This document shows positions 23,903 to 35,299 of a stretch of DNA of 64,000 bases, in pieces. This DNA is from Selaginella moellendorffii (Eukaryota > Plantae > Lycopodiophyta). Under the pieces are notes generated by a model. That model was not told where the DNA came from. It saw only the letters and a program-made list of their open reading frames with translations, and did no database searches. How positions within the stretch are numbered: the first letter of the stretch is position 1; the number at the start of each line of letters is the position of its first letter. The stretch lies in NCBI RefSeq assembly GCF_000143415.4, contig NW_003314310.1:738611-802610 (forward strand), in the 5' to 3' direction. Position numbers and translations under genes: made by a program.

Positions 23903-26900
23903 CTTCAGGATCGTTCTTCACACGGGCTCTGATACCATGTTATGAAATGGGGACACCCAGCCTTGTGAGAGCAGCAGCGCTCCATGCTGGGTCCACCTTT
24001 ATTGCAGAAGACGGATCAAGAACAGAATGTGTCGGGGGTGATCACCTACAGAACCTAAATGGACGTGTCCCTTCTGCTGACATGGCATCCCAGCTTGAGA
24101 TTGCGGCTTAAGTTGTGAGACACAACATCCCTAGGCCCCAAAGTGGAGCCGAAAGGTTGCTGTGAGACACAAAATCCCTAGGCCCCAAAGTGGAGCCGAA
24201 AGGGTGCCATGTGGTAGTGGCTGAAGTGAAAGCCAAACAAGCATAACACGTTTGGACTAAAAGCTCCGACTTGAAAAAGTCGAGAGTGGGAGTGGAACTC
24301 CCAACAAAGTGCTCGAGGAACGAGCATGAAGCTAGCAATAAGCGAGGCTCCAAAAAGAGACCCAAAAAGACCAACACATGACACGTGGAAGTGTCCAAGA
24401 TGGACCCGAGTTGGAGTCCGAAGTGGAGTCTGAGAAGGACCCCGAGATGGAGTCCGAGGTGGACCCGAGATGGAGTCCGAGATGGACCCGAGACGGACCC
24501 GAGATGGAGTCCGAGATGAACCCGAGATGGAGTCCGAGATGGAGTCCGAGCTGGACCCGAGATGGAGTTCGAGATGGAGTCTGAGATGGACCCGAGATGG
24601 AGTCCGAAGTCAAGATCGGGACCGAGACCGAGACCGGGGCTGAGACCGAGGACGAGGCCGAGACCGAGCCCGAGTCCGAGTCCGAGTCCGAGTCCGAGTC
24701 CGAGTCCGAGTTTGAGAGGGTGAAAGCCCAAAGCGTTCGTCTCCCAAACCCTGGAGGGTTTGGTGAGCTCCAAAAGTTAGTAGGGGGAGGACTGCAGTGG
24801 AGCCAGTTTGGCCAGGAAAGGCCAGTTTGGCCCCGGAAGGCCGGACCCAATGTTGGGTGATGAGCTGCCCATTGGGAAGTCCAAGACTAGAGTGAACATG
24901 GACTGACAAGCGGGATAACTTGGTGAAGTGTTCAAGAGCTGGCTCTAGTTCCCCCGGGAGATCAACTGGCCAATGCTCCCAGTCCAAGTGTGGGTGGCAC
25001 TACCTACTTGGATACCTAGCGTGGCTCAACGGAACCTCGCTCTAAGCCCATGGCTAGAGCACCTAAAGGCGAAAGGCGTGGAGAGTACCTATGAGGCTTG
25101 CGTAAGGTCACTGTGACTAAAGTAAAATGGAAAAATTAGTCACTTACAACTTCTTACTTGTGTTTAGGTCTATGCCAAAACCAATACAGTTGTTTCTCAT
25201 GCCAACTATTCGTTAGCATTGCACTATAGTGTTTACACACAGCTTTGTGTCAAAATTGCTTTTTTCTTGGATTTTATGATCCACTCCATCCTTCATGGGG
25301 CACAACACACTTCAATCCAAATGCTTCTACCAATCCTTTAGGACCATTTCTTGACTCTACTTGAGTTATCTAGCTTTTTGGACTTTGCTAATCCGATGAT
25401 CCGTAATGTCCTACTTTTGAGGTGCTAACTTGTTGGAATACAAATTCTTGTATTCATGTCTTACTCATAAGGACCATCTTTGCAAGTGTTACTCCAACAC
25501 TTGATTATTTTCCATTCTCTATGGGCTACCTTTGCCTCTTAGGACTATTCGTCCATATGTTGAAAATACCGATTCATCTTTTAAGTACACCCCTAACTTC
25601 TTATGTTTATTCTAGTATTTATAAAAGGTAACCCTGGTTACCATTTTAAGGACTTGTGTCCTCATCTATATTTGACCTCTCACGGTCATTAATTCCGGTC
25701 TCAAATTCATGAGCACCAACCTCAACTATATGAGGATAATCTTATGACTCCTTTATTATTTTGAAGTCTTTATATTTCCTATGATCCTAACAATAGTTGT
25801 TTACCACAATTACATTAGTCAGTTTGTTAAGTCAAATGCTCATTTGGATCACATCCTCAACTCTTTAAGGAAAATCTCATATTATTCCTAAGATCCCAAA
25901 ATTGTTCCCTTATTGGCCCTTTTCTATCCACCACCTTGCCTACAAGTTCCCACATGAATTATAATAGAGAGCCATGTCTTTTCAACATGCTACTCTTTGA
26001 GGATAGGCCCACTCCTGGAACCTTCCAATGCCAAGACAAATGATGATATACTTAATCACCAATAAGAGTTGAACTAAGGAATAGTTTTGATACCAAATTG
26101 TAAGCAACTAATTTTTCCATTCTATTTTAGTCACTTAACTACACCTCTGACCACTTAGAAGAGTCTCATTCACAACCTCCAAAAGTCCAGAGAATGGCAT
26201 CCATGCCACTCAACTTTTGCACTTGCTCCAAGTGCTTCACGTGTTTAATCCCATGACCGACACCTAAAGGTACCACCGATATATTAGCCTATTATGCTAA
26301 GGCCATGTTTATTCACCTTTGTCACATCGGTGATCCAACACCATTGACATCATAGTCTCATCTCCCAAAGATTGGGCCATCCATCCATGAGTGATCATCC
26401 TAGATCCACTTCTTAGCATTTTTAGAATGCCTACAGGCATGGGGAACAACATTCCTTAATATCCTTTTTTCAATCCCCACCAAATTTTTTTCTGTCCATA
26501 GCCATATTTGTCAATACTGCCACTGGGTCAAGGCCCACTGGCCCGACCACTAAGTCCCACTGTCCTTTGGGACTTTCTCACCATGTGATTGTATCCTTAG
26601 TCACTACACCAGAGGACTACCCCTCTTCCTTTCCATAGTCTAGGACTTTGGGACAACATTTCGGAACACCATAGCCCTACATGAGCTTCATGGGTACTCT
26701 CCCCACCTTCCGCCTTTGAGTGCTCTAGCCATGAGGCTAAAGCGAGGTTCTATTAAGCCACTCTAGGTATCCAAGTAGGTAGTGCCACCCATGCTTGGAT
26801 TGGGAGAATTGGCCATTCAATCTCCTGGGGGAACTATAGTCGGCTCTTGAATACCACCAAGCTACCCCACTTGTCGATATGTAGTCACTCTAGCTTTGGA

Positions 26901-29018
26901 CTTCCCAATGGTTATCTCATCACTCAACATCTGGGTACAACCTTCCTGGGCCAAACTAACTTTTCTTGGCCAAACTGGCTCCACTGGGGTCCAACCCCCA
27001 CACTCTCTCTACTATACTTTTGGAACCACCTACAATGCCCCCCCCCCATGGGGGACGATCGCTTTGGGCTTTCACCCAACAGCTTGTATTAGTATTTGGA
27101 CTTGGACTCGGACTTGGACTTGGACTCGGTCTCAATCTTGGTTTCAAACTTGGACCCAGTCTCAATCTCGGTCTCGGCTTTGGTTCCATCTTGGACACCA
27201 TCTCAGACTCTATCTTGGGTCCACCTTGGACTCCATCTAAGATCCATCTCAAACTTCATTTTGGGTCCATTTCAAACTCCATCTCGGACTTCATATCAAA
27301 CTCCATTTCAGACTCCATCTTGGGTCCATCTCGGACTCCATCTTGGACTCCATTTCGAGTCCATCTCGGGTCCTTCCATGTGTTATGTGTTGGTCCTTTT
27401 ATATCCCTTTTTTAGAGACTCACTTATTGCTTGCTTCATACTTGTTCTTCGAGCCCTTTGTTAGAAGTTCCATTCCCACTCTCAACTTTTTAAATCAGAG
27501 CTTTTAGTTTATATGTGTTACACTCATTTGGCTTCCGCCTCAGCCACTACCATGTAGCACCCTTTCGGCTCCTCTTTAGGGCCTAGGGATTTTATGTCTC
27601 ACAGAAAACCATCCCCATTTCAAAATTGATTAGGAAGTTAGGTGTTTACTCCTAAAAGTAATTGATAGGCCAATTTTCAAGGGGAACACATTACATACCA
27701 AAACCTTATACCACTCACTCTATAAACAAGGCATAATAATTAGGCTTGCCATAAATAAAATAGGTAAATATAAACCAACAATTGATTTTACTTATAAAGC
27801 TTTAGAGAGCATAGTCCTTATACATAAAATTGTCACTATTTATACCAAACAAGATGATAGATATATAACATTTCCCCTCACAATCTAATAAGAAGGCAGT
27901 CTAAAAAGAAGAATTCATAAAATCTAGAATGAGATTATAAGACACTTATTCGTGATATCTATGATCTTAACTTTTATTCAGAATAGACTAAATTATTGCT
28001 CAATTAAGCTAGAGAAAAGCTTGAAAGAGAGCGAGATGAAAGCATATTAGGTACACCTCAACGAAGTAAAGGAGATTAGAAATCCCAATATAAATTTAGT
28101 GGTCATCCAAAATATGTGAATCTATATGGTATTCCTTGGCAACATCAACACATAGAAAAATGCCTCTGCTTCAGTTGAGAGTAGTGGAACACTAAATAAT
28201 TATAATGATTCCCCACAAAAGGAAGAAAAACTAAATTTACAACCCTTACTTTTTGAACTTATGAACCAAGCATTTATTTTGCCTATATTAGTTGCAAAAT
28301 AGAGCATTTTTTGCTAAATTGCAATGAGCATGATAGCAATTGCAAGAATGGCAATAAACATTGTCATTATATATCCATTTTTTTCTATAATTAAGTAAGA
28401 GGATCCACAACTGCATATTGAGCAATACATAGAAGCAATTAAACTCAATCAAGCAGATGGTAAGAAAGGAATCTTTTCCTCTATATATTCAAAATTAAAG
28501 CCAAAGACTAGTACTATGATAATGAAGTTAAAAAGTTTAACATATTTGATAAGCAAAAAAAGTTTTTCCTTAAAACTTTCTCCATAGAAACAAACTTAGG
28601 AAAAAACTATCTGAAATAATCGAAGAATATACAACTTGATTCAACAAGCAAAACTTTGTCTAAGAAAAAATGCATCTACGCCTATACATACTAAACCTCA
28701 AGAAAATTTATCATGAACATACGATAAAAAGAGCTCATGCATATTTTAATGACTTAAAAAAAACCATGATTACCTACCAAAATCTCATAAAACAGTATGA
28801 CATGGTAAGTATGGTAAAGTCAGAAGAAAAGATAACTCTTATAAACAAGGAAATTAGTCATCTAAGAAGCCTCAAATTATAAACCAATTTTAAATAAAAG
28901 ATTTGGTACACTAAATGCAAAAATGAAGGCTATAGTAAGGAAGACTGTAAACTTTAACTAATCAAATGTCAAATTTGTGAGAAAAAAGGGGCATTTAGCT
29001 AAAGAGTGTAAAACCTTG

Positions 29019-30415
29019 TTTAAACAACTAATTTTTCCATTCTACTTTAGTCACTTAACCGCACCTCCAACCACTTGGAGCAATCTCATTCACAACCTCC
29101 ATAAGTCCCATTTAGGACTTGGGGCTTGCTAGCCCCGAGAATGGCATCTATGCCACTCAACCTTAAGTGCTCTATGTGTCCAATCCCCCAAGGTACCACC
29201 GACATATAAGCCCGTTACACTAGGCTATGCTCATTCACCTTGGTCACATCGGTGATCTAACACCACTTGCATTGCAATCCCGTCTCTCCAAGACTGGGCT
29301 ATTCGTCCATGAGTGGTCTGTAAGTGACTAAATTTTCCATTCTACTTTAGTCACTTAACCACACCTCCGACCACTTGGAGGAGTCTCAATCACAACCTCC
29401 ATAAGTCCAATTCAGGACTTAGGACTTGCTAGCCCCGAGAATGGCATCCATGCCACCCAACATTTGCACTTGGTCCAAGTGCTCCACGTGTCCGATCCCA
29501 CGACCGACACTCAAAGGTACCACCGACATAGTAGCCTGTTACGCTAAGGCCATGCCCAATCACCTTTGCCACACTGGTAGTCCAATACCACTTGCATCAC
29601 AGTCTTGGCTCTCCAAGACTAGGTAACCCATCCGTGAGTGGTCATCTCATATCTACTCTTTGGCATCCTTAGGATGCCCACCGACAAGGGGAATAGCCTT
29701 CCCAAATATCCCTCAGTCAGTCCCTATTAAGTCCCTTTCTGCCCCTGGCCGTGTTTGCTGACACTGCCACTGGATCGAGGCCCACAGGCTTGACCACTAA
29801 GTCCCACGGTCCTCTGGGACTTCCTCACCACACGACTGTGTCCTTGGTCACTACCCAGAGGACTGCTCCTCTTCCTTTCCACAGTCTGGGCCTTTGGGAC
29901 AACATTTCGAAACACCGTGGCCTTACGCGAGCCACCTGGGTACTCTCCCCGCCTTTTGCCTTTAGGTGCTCTAGCCATGGGCTTAGAGCGAGGTTCCGTT
30001 GAGCCACGACAGGTATCCAAGTAGGTAGTGCCACCCACACTTGGACTGGGAGCATCGGCCAGTCGATCTCCCGGGGGAACTAGAGCCGGCTCTTGAACAC
30101 TTCACCAAGCTACCCCACTTGTTGGTCTGTGTTCACTCTAGTCTTGGACTTCCCAGTGGGCAGCTCATCACCCAACACTGGGTCCGGCCTTCCTGGGCCA
30201 AACTGGCCTTTCCTGGCCAAACTGGCTCCACTGCAGTCCTCCCCCTTACTATACTTTTGGAGCTCACCAAACCCCCCAGGGTCTGGGAGACGAACGCTTT
30301 GGGCTTTCACCCTCTCAGGCTCTGGACTCGGACTCGGACTCGGACTCGGATTCGGACTCGGATTCGGACTCGGACTCGGACTTGGGCTCGGCCTCGGTCT
30401 CGGTCTCGGTCCCGA

Positions 30416-30447
<32 letters not shown>

Positions 30448-32732
30448 CCGGTCTCGGTCCCGGTCTCGGTCTCGACTTCGGACTCCATCTCGGGTCCATC
30501 TCGGAATCCATCTCGGACTCCATCTCGGGTCCATCTCGGACTCCATCTCGGACTCCATCTCGGGTCCACCTCAGACTCCACCTCGGACTCCATCTCGGGT
30601 CCATCTCGGACTCCATCTCGGACTCCACCTCGGACTCCACCTCGGACTCCATATCGGGTCCATCTCGGACTCCATCTCGGACTCCATTTTGGGTCCATCT
30701 CGGGTCCACCTCGGACTCCACCTCGAACTCCATCTTGGGCTCCATATCGGGTCCATCTCGGACTCCATCTCGGACTCCATTTTGGGTCCATCTCGGGTCC
30801 ACCTCGGACTCCACCTCGGACTCCATCTTGGGGTCCTTCTCAGACTCCACTTCGGACTCCACTTCGGACTCCAACTCGGGCCCATCTCGGACACTTCCAC
30901 GTGTCATGTGTTGGTCCTTTTGGGTCCCTTTTTGGAGCCTCGCCTATGGCTCGCTTCGTGCTCATTCCTCGAGCACTTCGTTGGGAGTTCCACTCCCGCT
31001 CTTGACTTTTTCAAGTCGGAGCTTTTGGTCCAAACGTGTTATGTTCGTTTGGCTTTCGCTTCAGCCACTACCACGTGGCACCCTTTCCGGCTCCACTTTG
31101 GGGCCTAGGGATTTTGTGTCTCACATGGTCATCCTAGATCCACTCCTTAGCATCTTTAGGATGCCGACAAACATGGGGAATAGCTTTTCCCAATATCTCC
31201 GTTTTGGTCCCCCCCAAGTTCCTTTCTGTCCTTGGCTGTGTTCGCCAACACTGCCACTGGGTCAAGGCTCACGGGCCTGACCACTAAGTCCCACTGTCCT
31301 CTAGGACTTCCTCACTGTATGACTGTGTCCTTGGTCACCACACCAAAGGGTTACTCCTCTTCCTTTCCACAATCTGGGACTTTGGGACAACATTTCGGAA
31401 CACCATGGCCCTACGCGGGCCTCATGGGTACTCTCCCCGCCTTCTGCTTTTAGGTGCTCTAGCCAGGGGCTTAGAGCAAGGTTCTATTGAGCCACACCAG
31501 GTATCCAAGTAGGTAGTGCCACCCACACTTGGACTGGGAGCATTAGCCAGTCGATCTCCCGGGGGAACTAGAGCTAGCTCTTAAACACTTCACCAAGCTA
31601 CGCTACTTGTCAATCTGTATTCACTCTAGCATTGGACTTCTCAGTGGTTATCCCATCACCTAGCACCTAGGCACAACCTTCTTGGGCCAAACTAGCATTT
31701 CCTGTCCAAACTAGCTCCACTAGAGTCCTCCCCCTCATTATACTTTTGGAGCTTACCAAACCCCCCTAGGGTCTGGTTTGGGCTTTCACCCTCTCAGACT
31801 CGAACTCCGACTTGGACTTGGACTCGGACTTCGACTCGAACTCAGGCTGGGGCTCGGTCTCGGCCTCAGCCTTGGTCTCAGCCTTGGTCTCGGTCTCGGT
31901 CCCAGTCTCGGTCTCGGTCTCGGTCTCGGTCTCGATCTCGATCTCGACTTTGAACTCCATCTTGGGTCCATCTCAGACTCTATCTCAGACTCCATCTCGG
32001 GTCCATCTCGGAGTCCATCTCGAACTCCATCTCAGACTCCACCTTAGGTCCATCTCGGGTCCATCTCGGACTCCATCTTGGGTCCATCTCAGACTCCACC
32101 TCGGGTCTATCTCGGATCCATCTCAGACTCCATCTTGGGTCCATCTCAGACTCCATCTTAGACTCCATCTTGGACTCCATCTCGGGTCCATCTCGAGTCC
32201 ATCTTGGACTCTATCTCGGACTCCATCTTGGGTCCATCTTAGACTCCATCTTGGACTCCAGCTCGGGTCCATCTCGGACTCCATCTTGGACTCCACCTCG
32301 GGTCCATCTTGGATCCATCTTGAACTCCATCTCAGGTCCATCTCGGACTCCATCTTAGACTCCATCTCAGACTCCATTTCGGGTCTATCTCGGGTCTATC
32401 TCGGACTCCATCTCAGACTCCATCTCGAATTCCATCTCGGACTCCATCTTGGGTCCATCTTGGACTCCATCTCGGACTCCATCTTGGGCCCATCTCAGAC
32501 ACTTCCACGTGTCATGTGTTGGTCCTCTTGTGTCCCTTTTTTAGAGACTCACTTATTGCTTGCTCCGTGCTTGTTCCTTGAGCACTTTGTTGAGAGTTTC
32601 ATTCCCGCTCTCGACCTTTCAAGTCGAAGCTTTTAGTCCAAACGTGTTACGCTTGTTTGGTTTTCGCTTTAGCCACTACCACATAGCACCCTTCTGGCTC
32701 TACTTTGGGGCCTAGGGATCTTGTGTCTCACA
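29019..32732 (-). mobile_element. Family-A solo LTR (host of a nested solo LTR)
   Basis: Starts tttaaacaactaatttttccattc (decayed TGTAAGCGACT), resumes at 31131 after the nested copy and ends tgtgtctcaca at 32732. No matching TSD. Confidence 0.85.
29319..31125 (-). mobile_element. Family-A solo LTR nested in another family-A LTR
   Basis: TGTAAGTGACT...GTCTCACA with perfect TSD TGGTC (29314-29318 / 31126-31130). Confidence 0.93.
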
Positions 32733-34211
32733 GCCAATAGGCAACCTAAATTGATAAAACAACATGTACTATTCACTTGATGATAGAAGTTATTGTAAGA
32801 GGAATGATTATAATAATAATCAAAGCGTCAAACATGAATACCCACATGTTGAAAAGAAAAGTGACCATCAAGATTATTTGCTTAAGGGTAATTTTCAAGA
32901 TTATCTGCCTAACCATGAGGAAAATAGGCCTAAAGACTAAAATTAGCTTAGAAATTACAATTAGTCTAGAGGTTTCAATATGCTTAAAGATTAAAAAAGG
33001 CCAAAAGAGTATGATCAACTTAAGACTTCTACTTGATATCCTAAGCTATACAATCAAGCTAAATCATCAAACAAGAATGATAGGCCTTTTAAAAATACGC
33101 AATCTATATCTAAGCAAGTTAGGGTAAAATAGTTAGATACAGAAAAGTTATTTAGCATTTATATCATGACTAAAGCCTAACAAAGAAAGGTTGAATCTAA
33201 AAGCCAAGATAAAAAGAGTGATGATGAAGTAGAAATTATCCTTAACTCTCAATAGAGCCAAAAGAAAAAAATCAATATAAAAATCACTCAACAACTCCAA
33301 GATTTACAACCACAAGTTGATTTGGAAAATAGTGATTTTAACATAGAGAGTCCCAAGTCTTTACAAGATGATATAAATTTCCCACTAGTACAAAAGGAAA
33401 TTCCATACTAAAGCTAAATGGCAAGGATGAGAAGAAGGTAGTAAAAAGCATTTTAAATGAAATTACATTCACTCTAGGCCAACTTCTCACTATAGCACTT
33501 TATCTTAAAGCTACATTGCTCAAAAAGCTCTCATCTAAGAAAGAAGAAACTTTAATCCCATTTATAGCCATTGCAATTGAGTTAAAGGATTGTGATTATA
33601 AAGTTTCTACAATTGATGTAAAAATTGGCAAAAATCTATTATTTAGAACTCTTATCGATGGTGGTTTAAGTATAAATATTTTAGAAGAGAGTATTTGCAA
33701 AGTTACTACCTAAGCCCAATTCAACTAGCCCTGTTTAATGTACAAATGGCAAATGATTGAAGTGTCAAGCCTATTGGAATTATTAAAAATGTTTTAACCA
33801 ATATGGCTGGCCTAAAGTACAAACTCAATTATGTCATATTTAAAATGACATCATGAGATTTTAGCTACAAAACTCTACTATGCAAACCTTAGCTATGCTA
33901 AATTGCTTGTACAAACTAAGACTGGAAAAATGGTTTTGTACATATAAAGTAGGACAACTAGAAAAAATTTGTGCTTATTACTTTTACCATATAATTGGAA
34001 AGGAAAGATCAACCCCTTAAAACTCAATTTTATGAAGGCTTAAATGATTTCCAAGAACAACAAATTTTAAAAGCTTTATCTAAAATTGAGTTAATTTCAA
34101 AAGTTGATCTCTATTCAATACTTAAAGAAGTACCTTGGTAAAAAACTCCTAGACTAGAGACTGGTATAGCTATAAGAGATTTCTCCCTAATAGATAGCAT
34201 AGGATTTAGGG

Positions 34212-34712
34212 TATAAGAATTTCTATTATTTTATTGCCTTTATTTGTGATAATTTCTTTAGACAAACCAAATCTTACAATGATGTTTTCATAAAGGAATT
34301 TGGTAATGTTAGCAACTGAGGCTTGTTTTATAAACATAACTTCTTACCATTTAGTCACATAATCAATAGCAACTAAAATGTATTTGTTCTTCTTACTAAT
34401 TGTTACCAAATAAACTATTTCCTAAAAAGTAAATCCATGAACTAAATCCTATCTATCCATATGAAGAATTTCATAAATGGGAATTGGATTTTATGGGATC
34501 TATGGTGATAAGCAATAAAAAGAATAAATACATTTTAATCGACACTGGTTAAATGACTAAATGGGTAAAAATTATGTCTATGAAACAAGCCTCAGTTGCT
34601 ACTACTACCAAATTCCTTTATGAAAACATCATTGTAAGATTTTGTTTGCATAAGGAGATTGTCACAAATAGAGGCATCTATTTCATCAATGAAACAATAG
34701 AAATTTTTATAT
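34212..34712. repeat. Fold-back inverted duplication of an integrase segment
   Basis: 34212-~34393 is the reverse complement of ~34515-34712 (e.g. aatcttacaatgatgttttcataaaggaatttggta vs taccaaattcctttatgaaaacatcattgtaagatt). The left arm reads KYILVAIDYVTKW on minus. Confidence 0.85.
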
Positions 34713-35299
34713 AAGAATTTATCCTTAAGCATAAAAAGTCCATGTTATATTACCCATATGTTGAATCTACTAATAAAGTATTTAAAAATATCTTTAAAAA
34801 GATTGTAAAGGACAATAAAAAAGACTAGGATGAGAAAATCCTAAATGTTTTATGGGTTTATAATACTACATATAAAGTATCCACAAGCATAACACCATTT
34901 CATCTTACCTATGACTAGAAAGTTTTAATGCCTATGGAAGTTATAATTCCCTCTTTGCGTATTGCAATTAAAAATGGCTTAAACGAAAAAGAAGCTCTTA
35001 AGCAAAGATTTGCCAAAATAGAAAATTTAAACAAGTTTAAGTTTAAAACAATTTAGACCCCATATACAATTCAAAAAGCCAGAAATGTTAAGCATGACAG
35101 ACAATTGAAAATCTCTTGCGAGCTTAAGCCAAGAGATAATGCTCTTTAGTATCAAGGCAAAATAGATGCTTTTGAAAATAAATTTGAGAGAAAATAGAAT
35201 GGTATATTAGCCCTAGAAAAAATTGAAGTGCACACTATGTGGACAATACTGCAATAGTAAATTTAAACTATTTAAGGAAGTACTATGAAGATATAAGCA

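Larger units (their letters stand above)
21919..24113 (-). mobile_element. Internally deleted Ty1/Copia element (~2.2 kb)
   Basis: LTRs 21919-22102 (184 bp) and 23938-24113 (outer 8 bp missing), ~5 differences. PBS TGGTATCAGAGCC 23925-23937 on minus. PPT AGTGGGAG at 22103-22110. gag and RNase H are present; integrase and most of RT are absent. Confidence 0.93.
15487..25148 (+). mobile_element. Family-A LTR retroelement, copy A3
   Basis: Perfect TSD ACTTC (15482-15486 / 25149-25153). 5' LTR 15487-17886 (interrupted by a TRIM), PBS TGGTATCAAAGC at 17890, interior to PPT GGGTGGTGGGG (~21906-21916), then a Copia insertion. 3' LTR 24114-25148 has a ~560 bp internal deletion. Confidence 0.93.
3126..27603 (-). 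mobile_element. Family-A non-autonomous LTR retroelement, copy A1 (oldest; host of A2 and A3)
   Basis: LTRs 3126-4957 and 26099-27603 (TG...CA). PPT complement actccaccaccc at 4958. PBS complement ttttgatacca at ~26085-26095. Flanks GAAAG/GAAAA (5-bp TSD, 1 mismatch). Interior split into 4958-5789, 13387-15486 and 25154-26098, collinear with the A2 interior. Confidence 0.9.
28280..35260 (+). pseudogene. Decayed Ty3/Gypsy (Athila/Tat-like) gag-protease-integrase, interrupted by family-A LTRs
   Basis: Two CCHC knuckle remnants (~28905-28948; CQICEKKGHLAKEC ~28967-29010), protease LIDGGLSINIL (~33650), integrase W-x-L-D-F-M-G, KFLYENIIVRF, ESTNK, LW-x-YNTTYK, TPF (34470-34930). RT/RNase H not seen. 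Many stops. Confidence 0.75.
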
